Assembly (NCBI GenBank): GCA_041739995.1
Contig: JBGSMV010000029.1
Span: 96,001-160,000 of the forward strand
Length of the DNA stretch: 64,000 bases
Direction of reading: 5' to 3'
DNA from: Bdellovibrionota bacterium
GTDB taxonomy: Bacteria > Bdellovibrionota_C > UBA2361 > JBGSMV01
Part shown: positions 1 to 9,553 of the stretch, one piece after another
How positions within the stretch are numbered: the first letter of the stretch is position 1
Layout of the letters: each line of letters begins with the position of its first letter
Translations under genes and position numbers: made by a program
Notes under the pieces: generated by a model
Database searches by the model: none
Told to the model about the DNA's origin: nothing
What the model saw: only the letters and a program-made list of their open reading frames with translations

Positions 1-507
1 TGGCGAAAATTCGCGCGGCAGACCGTGAGTACGATCTCAGTACTCAGCATGGACGCTCCGAGGGAGTTAAGTTCCCGGGGTAGTAAGCCGAGCTTGGATC
101 TCACAAGCGGCATTAGCCAGTTTCGCAGAGTTTCGCCACAAAGCTTCGCTGGTTACCCTCTGTGTCCACCGTGACCCCCGTGTTATTAAATTGCCCGAGT
201 TAAGACATCGGCAACCCTTTAGTGTCAGGACATCGCTTACACTTAAATACCAATTAGAGATCTTACCCTGACTGAACGCGTGGTCCGCCCATTTGGGTGT
301 TCTTGCGACGGGGGTAGTTTGCAGCAAGATCTCACCACAGAGGGAAGGGAGGTACACAGAGGAAAGGATCATAATCCTGCCCCTGACTGTTCTCTGGAAC
401 CTTTATGGTGAACGCACGTCGCGTGTTCTAAGCGAGTCGGGGTCCAACATGTGTGCCCGCATAAGAATGACTGGGTAGCTGCGTCGCGCCAGAGAAAAAT
501 AGAAAAA

Positions 508-581
508 TCGGGGTGAAAGGATTCGAACCTTCGACCTCACGGTCCCGAACCGTGCGCTCTACCAGGCTGAGCCACACCCCG
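508..581 (-). tRNA. tRNA-Pro (anticodon CGG), CCA not encoded
   Basis: Minus strand reads CGGGGTGTGGCTCAGCCTGGTAGAGCGCACGGTTCGGGACCGTGAGGTCGAAGGTTCGAATCCTTTCACCCCGA: cloverleaf with TT-CGG-GA anticodon loop and GGTTCGAATCC T-arm. Confidence 0.97.
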
Positions 582-984
582 AACTGAAGCCTTTCACCTC
601 GAAGCGGAGCGTGGCCGCCTCTACAGTAAAATTGGTCTCTTATGAGGATCCCAAGGCGAGCTACTGCTCCGTCTAGGATAATGAGCAAGCGTTTAACATA
701 CGGGTCTTTAAGGTCAAACCAGAAGGTCCTGAGGCGCCGAAGCGAGCAAACTGGACAGCTATCGCAGTGAAATTAACTACTTATAGGACGGAACAGGTTC
801 CGGGTCCCATTTGGTTAGAGATCCGGGGCTGTGATAAAATCTGAAGCAATTGACGTGTTTAGGCCGAAATGAGGGGGTGAGCCGGAAGTCACGGCTGGCT
901 TGTGGTTAACCATAACTCTTACCGAGCTTGGTGGGCCCAAATGCTGGCTACCAGGTTGAACTTGTTACCAGGTGCAGACGTCGA

Positions 985-1947
985 ATGGATCTTTTGAATA
1001 GACAGCGATCGACTGGGCAACCGCAGAAGGCGGCAGGGCAAGATACTGCCCGCGAACCAGCGGCCGATCTGACCCAGCTTAGAAACGATCGTGCCGGTGC
1101 AGGGGCAGTAAACACCAAGGGCGCAAGCCCTGCCCAGACACAACGCAGAGATTTCCAAGAGAAGATTCATCCCGGAAGGTTGCGGGACAGTGCCTCCCTT
1201 CGTGTTGATCGTTTACGAACCCGAGAGGGTCGCAGCGAAGATCGCAGGGAAGATAAGCGCCGACAGAAGGACAATGCGCGTGATCGAGTAGAGCAGCTTA
1301 ACCGCGAGGATAAAGTTGACGATCAGCAGGCAGTGGTCGGGAGCCGTCGTAGCCAAACGCTTTCAGATAGAACCGGAGTTGGAGCTGGCGCGAGTGAGGT
1401 TGGTCTGCTTGACCCTGAATCTCAGGCGGCGTTAGACCGTGATCTGTCTGCAAAGCACGATCCGGCGATGGGTAGTCTTGCGCAGTCCGAGACTCTTGGC
1501 GTGGCTCCACAAGAACAGGCGCTTGGAAACTCTTCATTGACGGCGAACGCGGTAGGGACTTCTCAATCGCAAACCGTCGAGCTCACTGTACATCGTTTTC
1601 GCTTCGCAGAGCGCGGACTCGCAAATACTCCCTGGATGCAAGAGCTATATCGGTTCTTTGCAAACAGTGAGCGAGATGTTCTCGGAGAAGAAGAGCGGGA
1701 TAGTGCCGAACGCGCGTTGCTTGAGTTTGACCGGCTTAGCCCTGCCGAAAGAACGCCGGAGAAGATACTAGAGATTCTACAACTGTCCGGCGTAGCGGCT
1801 CCGACTTACCAGAAGATCGGAGAAATACTTCGAGAAATGGGAGCAGACGCTCCAGGGTCTCAGGAGCAGGTCGGGTCTAGGGCGCTCTCTGTGTTAGAGA
1901 ATAAGGACAAGATGGAGAGAATTGTCTTTGACCCCAGCAATAATTAG
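985..1947 (+). CDS. hypothetical protein, low-complexity charged N-terminal half, helical C-terminal domain
   Basis: Long ORF (track 928..1947); first ATG at 985; no family recognised. Confidence 0.7.
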   Translation: MDLLNRQRSTGQPQKAAGQDTAREPAADLTQLRNDRAGAGAVNTKGASPAQTQRRDFQEKIHPGRLRDSASLRVDRLRTREGRSEDRREDKRRQKDNARDRVEQLNREDKVDDQQAVVGSRRSQTLSDRTGVGAGASEVGLLDPESQAALDRDLSAKHDPAMGSLAQSETLGVAPQEQALGNSSLTANAVGTSQSQTVELTVHRFRFAERGLANTPWMQELYRFFANSERDVLGEEERDSAERALLEFDRLSPAERTPEKILEILQLSGVAAPTYQKIGEILREMGADAPGSQEQVGSRALSVLENKDKMERIVFDPSNN

Positions 1948-2022
1948 CTCTGGGGATTTGGGGATAGCTCCGAGGGGGGCTCGAGGGATTTTTATAACGG
2001 TTTCGATTAGGCAGGAAATTTA

Positions 2023-2496
2023 GTGAACAACGCGATTACACCAAAGGAAAGATACGACGAAATCTTCCAGATAGAGATGGAAGGTTGGTCGTATGGGATC
2101 GCTAATTACCCAGGGGAAATCTTCCCTGAACTCGTATTCCGCGTGCTGCGCGAACTTGAGCCAAGTTTTGTCGCGGCAATCGAGCATCATCATTGCTTCG
2201 ATCTGGTGGCGCTTGCCGAGATGTTTTCCAAGGCCGCTAAGTACCTGGTGCATGAGAAAGACGTTGCCTTTTGTATCCTTTCGATGCTGCCCTCTCCGGC
2301 TCGTTTTGACGAGGATGGGCAGTTTGTCATGGCGCAGGTGATCGATAAGGTAGAGCAGACCTGGAGCGGAGCCCTTGAGCGCCTTGAGAAAAAGTGGCGC
2401 TGGGAAGCCACCCAAGCAAAGAATAAATTGCCTACCAATCCTCGGCGGACTGTCTCAATAAAGACAAATAAACCGAAAACCCCCGTAGCCGCCTAA
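2023..2496 (+). CDS. hypothetical protein
   Basis: 157-aa globular-looking ORF with AGGA upstream; no family recognised. Confidence 0.75.
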   Translation: MNNAITPKERYDEIFQIEMEGWSYGIANYPGEIFPELVFRVLRELEPSFVAAIEHHHCFDLVALAEMFSKAAKYLVHEKDVAFCILSMLPSPARFDEDGQFVMAQVIDKVEQTWSGALERLEKKWRWEATQAKNKLPTNPRRTVSIKTNKPKTPVAA

Positions 2497-2595
2497 TCCT
2501 AGCGGATCTCGTCTCAGCCAGCCCAACGTGCTATCTACTTCCTCTCGTCAGTGGGGGCAGCGCCCTCTCCAGGCGGCCGCAGATTTGGAGTGCAC

Positions 2596-4125
2596 ATGAA
2601 CGGAAATGCTAAGAACCCTACCACCGCAATTAGCCCTACACGTAGTCAGGACTACCCTGAATGGTATCAGCAGGTAGTTCGACACGCCGAGATGGCGGAG
2701 AACTCTTCGGTAAGGGGTTGCATGGTCATTCGGCCGTGGGGATACGGAATTTGGGAGAGCATTCAACGAGAACTCGATCGAAGAATTAAAGCGACCGGGC
2801 ATGAGAATGCATACTTTCCTTTGTTTATCCCGCTCAGCTTCTTTCAGAAGGAAGCGACTCATGTTGCAGGGTTTGCGAAGGAATGCGCCGTGGTTACTCA
2901 CCACCGCCTTGAGGAGAAGGACGGCAAACTTGTTCCCGCTGGAGAGCTAGAAGAGCCGCTGATTGTGCGACCAACTTCTGAGATGATTATTGGAGATTCA
3001 TTCTCCAAGTGGGTGCAGTCGTATCGAGACCTGCCACTTTTAATCAATCAGTGGGCCAATGTGGTGCGTTGGGAAATGCGTACGCGCTTGTTTCTCAGAA
3101 CGGCAGAGTTCTTATGGCAAGAAGGACACACGGTGCATGCCACTGAGCAGGAAGCTCGAGAAGAGACCAGTACCATGCTGCGTGTGTACCGGGAATTTGC
3201 AGAAGAAGTGCTCGCGATGCCTGTTATTGCCGGTGAGAAGCCAGATCATGAGCGCTTTCCAGGAGCAGTGCAGTCATTGTGCATTGAAGCCATGATGCAA
3301 GACGGAAAGGCGTTGCAAGCGGGGACCTCGCACTATTTGGGCCAGAATTTTGCCAAGGGCTCAGACATTAAGTTTACCAATGAAGCAGGGGAGATTCAGT
3401 TCGCGTACACCACTTCGTGGGGAGTCTCGACTCGGCTGATCGGCGGAGTAATCATGACGCATGGTGATGATGATGGTCTGCGACTTCCGCCGCGTATTGC
3501 ACCAAAGCACGTTGTAATATTGCCAGTGACGCCCAAGCCAGAGACCACGGGGCAAGTCCTCGCTTTCTGCGAAGAGGTCGCTGCGCGGCTGCGACGCGCA
3601 TCCTACGGCGGCGAGCAGATAGTCGCGCACGTTGATAAGCGCGACATGCGCGGTGGCGACAAAATGTGGCAGTGGGTTAAGCGAGGGATTCCGATAAGAG
3701 TCGAGGTAGGACCGCGCGATCTTGAGAGTAAGAGCGTGGTGATGACGCGACGCGACCGACCCCATAAAGAAAAAGAAACAGTGCCGGTCGATAATGTGGC
3801 AGAGGTTGTGGCTCGAACTCTTGAAGAGATTCAGAAGACCTATTTTGACCAGGCCAAAGCGTTGCTGGAAGAGCGCACGCTGCGAGGGGTACAGTCGTTT
3901 GAGGAGCTGAAGAATTTCTTCACACCGAAGAACCAAGAGAAGCCCGAAATCCATGGTGGCTTTGCGATTGCCAAGTGGTGCGGAGATGCGAGCAGCGTTG
4001 CATGTTTGGATAGTCTAAAAGTAACAGTGCGCTGCATTCCTGAAGTACAGAGCGGCACTCAAGGAACATGTGTGCTGACCGGCAAACCGGCCAGCTTGGA
4101 CGCGGTCTTCGCGAAGTCCTACTAG
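2596..4125 (+). CDS. proS: proline--tRNA ligase (archaeal/eukaryote-type, no INS editing domain)
   Basis: Motifs VRPTSE, QWANVVRWE, FLWQEGHT, ALQAGTSHYLGQNF, SWGVSTRLIG and C-terminal FAKSY; GGAG RBS before ATG 2596. Confidence 0.97.
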   Translation: MNGNAKNPTTAISPTRSQDYPEWYQQVVRHAEMAENSSVRGCMVIRPWGYGIWESIQRELDRRIKATGHENAYFPLFIPLSFFQKEATHVAGFAKECAVVTHHRLEEKDGKLVPAGELEEPLIVRPTSEMIIGDSFSKWVQSYRDLPLLINQWANVVRWEMRTRLFLRTAEFLWQEGHTVHATEQEAREETSTMLRVYREFAEEVLAMPVIAGEKPDHERFPGAVQSLCIEAMMQDGKALQAGTSHYLGQNFAKGSDIKFTNEAGEIQFAYTTSWGVSTRLIGGVIMTHGDDDGLRLPPRIAPKHVVILPVTPKPETTGQVLAFCEEVAARLRRASYGGEQIVAHVDKRDMRGGDKMWQWVKRGIPIRVEVGPRDLESKSVVMTRRDRPHKEKETVPVDNVAEVVARTLEEIQKTYFDQAKALLEERTLRGVQSFEELKNFFTPKNQEKPEIHGGFAIAKWCGDASSVACLDSLKVTVRCIPEVQSGTQGTCVLTGKPASLDAVFAKSY

Positions 4126-4129
4126 ACAG

Positions 4130-4272
4130 CTAGAGTCCTGAGTTAAGAGTTCGATAAATATTTCTCGCCGCGCTCGCTGCTCTCCTTGTGAGTATATTTA
4201 ATGAATTACACAATGAGTTCAGCGAGAACAGCGAGAGAAATACTTAAATGAACTTCTGAATCAGCACACTAG
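4130..4272 (+). mobile_element. MITE family A, copy 1
   Basis: CTAGAGTCCTGAGTTAAGAGTTC...GAACTTCTGAATCAGCACACTAG terminal inverted repeats; body homologous to copies at 11.7, 24.7, 30.6 and 52.2 kb. Confidence 0.85.
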
Positions 4273-4403
4273 GGAGCCTCTGAAAAGCTCATGTTTCGAT
4301 CTTTGTGCGCTTTGTGGTTTAATTAAATTTAGGCCAATTTGTAGAGTCTATTTGCACCAGTACTAACACCAAGACCACTAAGATTTTTTTAGAGGTTCCC
4401 TAG
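4269..4403 (+). mobile_element. MITE family B, copy 1 (shares CTAG with A copy 1)
   Basis: CTAGGGAGCCTCTGAAAA...TTTTTAGAGGTTCCCTAG inverted ends; homologous to 8485-8602 and 60414-60549. Confidence 0.8.
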
Positions 4404-4413
4404 ATAAGTGAGT

Positions 4414-5349
4414 ATGAGCGGAAAGTATTTCATTGCCTCATTTTATCAGTTCAAGGAGATCCCTGAGGGTGATCTTGAAACCTCTCGGGCAGCTCTCGAA
4501 CAGCTTGGTGCTTCCTTAGGTATTCGTGGACTTGTGTTGCTGGCTAGGGAAGGCGTCAATGCAACCGTAAGTGGCGATGAAGCTGCAGTTCGCTCCTTCG
4601 TTGGCGCAATCGCCGAGCGTCTCGGCCATACAACTTATCAATTGAAAGAGAGCTCAAGCCAGTCACAGCCATTTCGTCGCTTGGGCGTTCAGGTGCGTAG
4701 CGAATTGGTAACTGCTAAGGGGCACACCTATTCCCCACAACCGGCGGATCAAGCAACGCACCTCTCCCCGCAGGAATGGAATCAGATGCTCCGTTCGGGA
4801 CAGGACTTTACGTTGCTTGATGTTCGTAACTTGTACGAGTCCCGCATTGGAACGTTTCGCGGTGCGATTGCGCCGGGATTGAAGAATTTTCAGGAGCTTC
4901 CTGCCTTTCTTGAAACCAGTAACATTCCCAAATCAAAGCCCCTGCTCATGTTTTGCACTGGAGGGATACGTTGCGAGAAGGCACTCCCTGAACTTCAAGA
5001 GATGGGGTTCGCAAACGTCTTTCAACTGGACGGCGGAATATTAAATTACTTTGAGGCTTGTGGCCCTGCCGAAAGCGAGTTTGAAGGAGAATGCTTCGTT
5101 TTTGACCACCGTGTTGCGGTTGATCAGAACCTGCAACCGAGTGCAATTTACCGGCTCTGCCCGCATTGCGGCGACCCGGCAGATCAGCTGATTGATTGCG
5201 GCAAGTGTGGGAAGCAAGAAAGAATTTGCGAGCGTTGCGTGAAGATCGATTCCAAGCGGGCGTGTTCCAAGAACTGCTCATATCATCTTGGCGTTGAGCT
5301 TGCTCGTCGAGGAGAGGTGAGAGCGGAACGATCTGAGAGTGCAAAGTGA
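4414..5349 (+). CDS. trhO: tRNA uridine(34) hydroxylase (rhodanese-related, UPF0176)
   Basis: SFYQF, GLVLLAREGVNATVSG, LDVRNLYE, FCTGGIRCEK, GGILNYFE, CFVFDHR motifs. Confidence 0.9.
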   Translation: MSGKYFIASFYQFKEIPEGDLETSRAALEQLGASLGIRGLVLLAREGVNATVSGDEAAVRSFVGAIAERLGHTTYQLKESSSQSQPFRRLGVQVRSELVTAKGHTYSPQPADQATHLSPQEWNQMLRSGQDFTLLDVRNLYESRIGTFRGAIAPGLKNFQELPAFLETSNIPKSKPLLMFCTGGIRCEKALPELQEMGFANVFQLDGGILNYFEACGPAESEFEGECFVFDHRVAVDQNLQPSAIYRLCPHCGDPADQLIDCGKCGKQERICERCVKIDSKRACSKNCSYHLGVELARRGEVRAERSESAK

Positions 5350-5421
5350 GAGGGTATGAGAGTGCGCACGCAGCTCTTCGTTGTGCGGTTCTGAGAAGTT
5401 TTCTATCAAAATCAAAGTTAG

Positions 5422-5790
5422 ATGAATAGCGAAGCAGGATTTACCGAACTTTGTGCACGATTCGAAGCAGATCCCAAAGTGCGTAAGGGGATTCGTGGAC
5501 CATTCACCCTTGTACTTGCTGGTGTACTGGCCGGAAGCCCTGCTCGGGCCTTCGCGTTCGACCCTGCGCGCAAGCGAGTCGTGGTGAGCGATTTTGAAGC
5601 GGGGAGCCGGGGGATTTTAGAAGCCGAAGGTAACGAGTGCGCGCTGACCGCCGATGATGCCACTTGGGACGCGGTGCTGTCAGGAAGCCTAAATCCACAG
5701 AAAGCTTTTCTTGAGGGAGCTCTGCGTTGTAGCGGATCAAGCGAGGTGGCGCTTTCGTTAACCACTCTGTTGGCAAGACAGTGGAATTAG
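5422..5790 (+). CDS. SCP2 sterol/lipid-binding domain protein
   Basis: C-terminal WDAVLSGSLNPQKAFLEGALRCSG pattern typical of SCP2. Confidence 0.75.
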   Translation: MNSEAGFTELCARFEADPKVRKGIRGPFTLVLAGVLAGSPARAFAFDPARKRVVVSDFEAGSRGILEAEGNECALTADDATWDAVLSGSLNPQKAFLEGALRCSGSSEVALSLTTLLARQWN

Positions 5791-6031
5791 TTGGCCCGTA
5801 TAGTTAGTCGTTCCAAGTTGACTTGAAGAATCTGGCCTTATTGGTGCTCAGGCTCAACACATAGAGCGTAAAGCTAAAGTGCCCGAGGATTGGAAGTTCT
5901 CCCCAAGGTATTGAATCTTTTCGACCTCCGGGAGCGGCTTTTCGGCATTTCCAGTCTGAAAGGCTCGGCACTTGAAAGGCGCAGCGGGTGGAGGGATAAC
6001 AGTTGCTCATAATGAGAGCTCAGGGGCATGT

Positions 6032-6056
6032 TTACTTGATGATTTAATTCAAGTAT
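6032..6056. promoter_or_regulatory. IscR/Rrf2-type palindromic operator upstream of sufC
   Basis: TTACTTGATGATTTAATTCAAGTAT (TACTTGA-N9-TCAAGTA); 20/25 match by eye to the IscR type-1 consensus ATASYYGACTRWWWYAGTCRRSTAT. Confidence 0.65.
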
Positions 6057-6151
6057 AAGGTAAGTGCCTGGTAAGATTAATAACTATTTCTGAGAAGACA
6101 TTCCAGAATGGTTCGAGCTTTGAATGTATATCTACTTTTACCCTGGACTAT

Positions 6152-6985
6152 ATGAGTACCCAAACATCTTCCGACTCTTCCTCTGCCCGCACCTCTACTA
6201 AGTCCATGGACCACTCATCCCCGCTTTTGACGGTAAAAAATTTGGTGGCGGGAATTGAGGGCAGGGAAATTCTCAAGGGCCTCAATCTCTCGATTAATCC
6301 CGGCGAAGTGCACGCCATCATGGGACCGAACGGCAGTGGGAAGTCGACCCTTTCAAAAGTTCTTGCGGGTCATCCTTCCTATAAGGTCGCCAGTGGTGAG
6401 GTCTTGTTCGACGGACAGAATCTGCTTGATTTCGAGCCTGACGAGCGAGCTCGTCAGGGACTCTTCCTTGCCTTTCAGTACCCCCAAGAGATTCCTGGGG
6501 TGTCGATCATGAACTTCCTTCGCACCGCACTCAACACGCGCCGAGAAAAGGACATGCCGGTGCTTGAGTTCCGTAAGTTGCTGCAGGAGAAAATGGAAAT
6601 GCTCGAAATGGACAAGTCCTTCGCTACGCGTTTCGTGAATGACGGGTTTAGCGGTGGCGAGAAGAAGCGCAACGAGATTCTTCAAATGGCCGTGCTTGAA
6701 CCACGCTTGGCGGTTTTAGACGAAACTGATTCCGGTCTGGATATTGATGCTCTCAAGATAGTGGCAAGCGGAGTGAACCGTATTCGTGAGGAGAGCAAGA
6801 ATAAACCCGCGGTGTTGGTGATTACGCATTATCACCGTATTCTTGAGCACTTAAAGCCTGATTTTGTGCATGTTCTTCACGACGGGCAGATCGTGCGTTC
6901 CGGCACGAGGGACTTGGCGCTGGAGCTTGAGTCTTTGGGCTATGATTGGATTACAGATTCGGCATTGAGCGCCCCAAATAATTGA
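6152..6985 (+). CDS. sufC: Fe-S cluster assembly ATPase SufC
   Basis: [54 protein letters not shown]. Confidence 0.97.
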   Translation: MSTQTSSDSSSARTSTKSMDHSSPLLTVKNLVAGIEGREILKGLNLSINPGEVHAIMGPNGSGKSTLSKVLAGHPSYKVASGEVLFDGQNLLDFEPDERARQGLFLAFQYPQEIPGVSIMNFLRTALNTRREKDMPVLEFRKLLQEKMEMLEMDKSFATRFVNDGFSGGEKKRNEILQMAVLEPRLAVLDETDSGLDIDALKIVASGVNRIREESKNKPAVLVITHYHRILEHLKPDFVHVLHDGQIVRSGTRDLALELESLGYDWITDSALSAPNN

Positions 6986-7054
6986 GCGCGCCGAATGAAT
7001 TGCCTAGATAAATTGCCTGAATAAACAGATTGAGCGATTCAAAGGAATCATTAA

Positions 7055-8467
7055 GTGGGGAATGCAGCAAAATCTTACGGTGAGGAGACGAACCAGGTGC
7101 GTCTCGGCGAACTCTTATCTACCGACTTAATCAGTCAACTTGGTACAGTGCAGCTTGGTACAGTGCAACCTGGTGCAGTGCAGCGTGGTGCAGTGCAGAA
7201 GTCCACCTCGACTCGGCTGGTACCGCAGGAAGCGATTAAAAACGCACAAGCCATTCTAAAGAAAACAGCGATACCAAACGCTTCACATGAGTTATGGCGA
7301 CAGACTGCCCCTGATCTTTTCCCGCTGGAGGCATTGCTTCAGGCCGAGTCCGTTGAAAGTCGTGTTGAGCCGTTCGGCAAGAATGGTCCTGTTGGCAGTG
7401 TTAACGTTGGCCGTGTTAATGTTGGCAGTGCTCCCGTTGAGGAATCAGAACTGTTGCCATTGCCGCCAGGGGTAGAGTGGAGTCAGGACGCCAAGGCTTC
7501 TGATGAGTTACTGCGTGATGTGTTTGGACCACAGTCTTCTGATCTTGATACGGATGCGATTGCTCAGTTTGTTGCGTGCACCTCGCGAGCGGGTGGTATT
7601 CTGCGGGTTAAGGCCGGTACGAAGCTTGCCGTACCTTTGCGAATGCTTCAGTGGTTTGGCACTGAGAGACAAACCACCCAATCTCGCGCTGGAGCACCAG
7701 TGTTTGTGGTTTCGGTCGAGTCCGGAGCTTCTTGCACGCTACTCGAAGATCTCGATAGTTCTGTGTTTGGCGAGAGTTCTGGGGGGAACTTCTATGCCCC
7801 GCGTGTCGAGGTAGTAGTCGCCGAGAAAGCCCGCTGTGAATTCGTGTCGGTACAGCGACTTCCTACTGACGTTGCTTATTTGGGACGCCATCGCTTTCAT
7901 TTGATGAAAGATGCGGAGCTCAGATCGGTGCACATGTCAGTTGGTGCCAGCGTGTCGCGCCTTGATTTAGACTGTAAGCTCTATGAGACAGGGGCTCACG
8001 CAGACCTGTACTCGCTTTATCTTGCCAACGGCGAAAGACACGTAGATCTCCACACTACTCAGCGGCATTTAGCACCGCACTGTAGGTCAAATCTTTATTG
8101 CAAGGGTGCGGCTACGGACGAGGCGCGCGCGGTGTACTTTGGCTTCATTCGAGTGGCCGAGCACGCTCAGAAAACTGATGCGTATCAGAAGAATAGAAAT
8201 CTGTTGCTTTCAGATTCGGCACGCGCGGATGCAATCCCAAATCTTGAGATTCTCGCAAACGATGTGAAGTGTTCGCATGGCGCATCGGTGGGGCAGGTAG
8301 GGACCGAGGAGCTATTTTACCTGATGTCTCGCGGAATATCTCGAGCTGAGGCGGAGCGTATACTAGTCCAGGCTTTCTTTGAGGACCTGGTCGGCAAGAT
8401 TGAGAACCCGTTCGTCAAGTCGTATGTCGAGGAAGTAGTGTCGGGCATATTTGCAACGGTGGTGTGA
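7055..8467 (+). CDS. sufD: Fe-S cluster assembly protein SufD
   Basis: TDAYQKNRNLLLS, PNLEILANDVKCSHGASVG, LFYLMSRGI; follows sufC. Confidence 0.9.
   Translation: MGNAAKSYGEETNQVRLGELLSTDLISQLGTVQLGTVQPGAVQRGAVQKSTSTRLVPQEAIKNAQAILKKTAIPNASHELWRQTAPDLFPLEALLQAESVESRVEPFGKNGPVGSVNVGRVNVGSAPVEESELLPLPPGVEWSQDAKASDELLRDVFGPQSSDLDTDAIAQFVACTSRAGGILRVKAGTKLAVPLRMLQWFGTERQTTQSRAGAPVFVVSVESGASCTLLEDLDSSVFGESSGGNFYAPRVEVVVAEKARCEFVSVQRLPTDVAYLGRHRFHLMKDAELRSVHMSVGASVSRLDLDCKLYETGAHADLYSLYLANGERHVDLHTTQRHLAPHCRSNLYCKGAATDEARAVYFGFIRVAEHAQKTDAYQKNRNLLLSDSARADAIPNLEILANDVKCSHGASVGQVGTEELFYLMSRGISRAEAERILVQAFFEDLVGKIENPFVKSYVEEVVSGIFATVV
7136..7198 (+). repeat. 15-bp coding tandem repeat x4 (QLGTV/QPGAV) in sufD N-terminus
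   Basis: caacttggtacagtg cagcttggtacagtg caacctggtgcagtg cagcgtggtgcagtg. Confidence 0.9.
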
Positions 8468-8484
8468 CAGGGAAGCCTCAACAG

Positions 8485-8602
8485 CTAGAGAGGATCTAAA
8501 AAGCGAAATCTTAGTGGTGCAAACAAACTCTAGAAATGGGTCTAGATTTGGTTCAACCACGAAGACCACAAAGGTAGAAGAACGGGTTTTCCGGTTCCCT
8601 AG
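8485..8602 (-). mobile_element. MITE family B, copy 2
   Basis: CTAGAGAGGATCTAAAAA...CTTAGTGGTGCAAACAAACTCTA...CCACAAAGGTAGAA...GGTTCCCTAG; aligns to the reverse complement of 4269-4403. Confidence 0.75.
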
Positions 8603-8649
8603 TAGCCGGATAAAGGGAAGACAAATTTCAGTTCTAAAGGGATGGCAGA

Positions 8650-8964
8650 GTGGTGACAGAGATTGACGTTTTGGACGACAAGGATCTTCCTAATGGTCAG
8701 ATGAAGGCCGTCAAGGCTGGCGCGAAGCAAGTGGTGCTGTGCCGCAGCAATAGCGGTGAGGTTCACGCCTTAGAGGATCGATGTAGTCATGCCGAGGTGA
8801 AGCTTTCGCGGGGACTTTTCGATGGAAAGGAAGTCACGTGCGTTGCCCATGGTGCTCGATTTGACGCTCAGACGGGGAAGGCGCTTTGTATGCCGGCCGT
8901 TACTGGAGTAAAATCTTTCCCAGTGCGTGTGGTCGAAGGGCGAATATTAGTGACGGTCTCTTAG
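8650..8964 (+). CDS. Rieske [2Fe-2S] ferredoxin
   Basis: CSH...CVAHGARFD...TG Rieske motif. Confidence 0.93.
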   Translation: MVTEIDVLDDKDLPNGQMKAVKAGAKQVVLCRSNSGEVHALEDRCSHAEVKLSRGLFDGKEVTCVAHGARFDAQTGKALCMPAVTGVKSFPVRVVEGRILVTVS

Positions 8965-9041
8965 GGGGGTTGAAGGCTTTCTGCGGTGGGACTTTCTATC
9001 CTCTGGTGATTTTTGGGTGATTCTTAGGTGATAGTGCTTCC

Positions 9042-9515
9042 ATGCAACTCGACGATCTCTATCAAGAGGTGATTCTCGACCACTACAAGCGACCGCGATG
9101 TCAGGGTTGTCTTACCGCTTCCAATGCGCAAGCCTTGCTCTTCAATCCGCTCTGCGGAGATCAAATTCAACTCACTATTGCAACTTCGTCAGGTGACCCA
9201 GCGGATATGGCGGGCATGACCCAGTTGGCAAATATCGGATTCTCTGGGCACGGCTGCTCTATTAGCCAGGCGTCGGCGTCGATGATGGCTGAGCTTTGCA
9301 AGGGTAAATCATTCCCTGAGGTGAGTAAGCTTATAGGCGAGTTTCGAGAGCTCATGCGAGGAGAGAAGACGGCGGAACAGGTGCCTGACTTAGGCGATGC
9401 GGTAGCGCTTGAGGGAGTCCGGAAGTTTTCAGCCCGAGTGAAGTGCGCAATGCTTGCATGGGAAGCGTTAGAAAAGTGCTTGGAACAGGCCGAAGCCAGC
9501 GGCTCAAAAGCTTAA
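9042..9515 (+). CDS. sufU: SUF system NifU-family scaffold SufU
   Basis: LYQEVILDHYK, NPLCGD, GCSISQASAS, RVKCA. Confidence 0.95.
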   Translation: MQLDDLYQEVILDHYKRPRCQGCLTASNAQALLFNPLCGDQIQLTIATSSGDPADMAGMTQLANIGFSGHGCSISQASASMMAELCKGKSFPEVSKLIGEFRELMRGEKTAEQVPDLGDAVALEGVRKFSARVKCAMLAWEALEKCLEQAEASGSKA

Positions 9516-9516
9516 T

Positions 9517-9553
9517 CTGTTCAGCTTCCCTGTTCAGCTTCCCTGTTCAGCTT
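9517..9553. repeat. 13-bp tandem repeat (~3x) overlapping the TetR stop codon
   Basis: (ctgttcagcttcc)x2 plus ctgttcagctt. Confidence 0.9.

Noticed and set aside
1..507. Possible ncRNA (GAGGAAAG near 359, RNase P-like) or integrated element at the tRNA 3' side
   Set aside because: The motif does not continue as GAGGAAAGTCC, no other RNase P or tmRNA hallmarks are visible, and there is no integrase or tRNA 3' duplicate in the window
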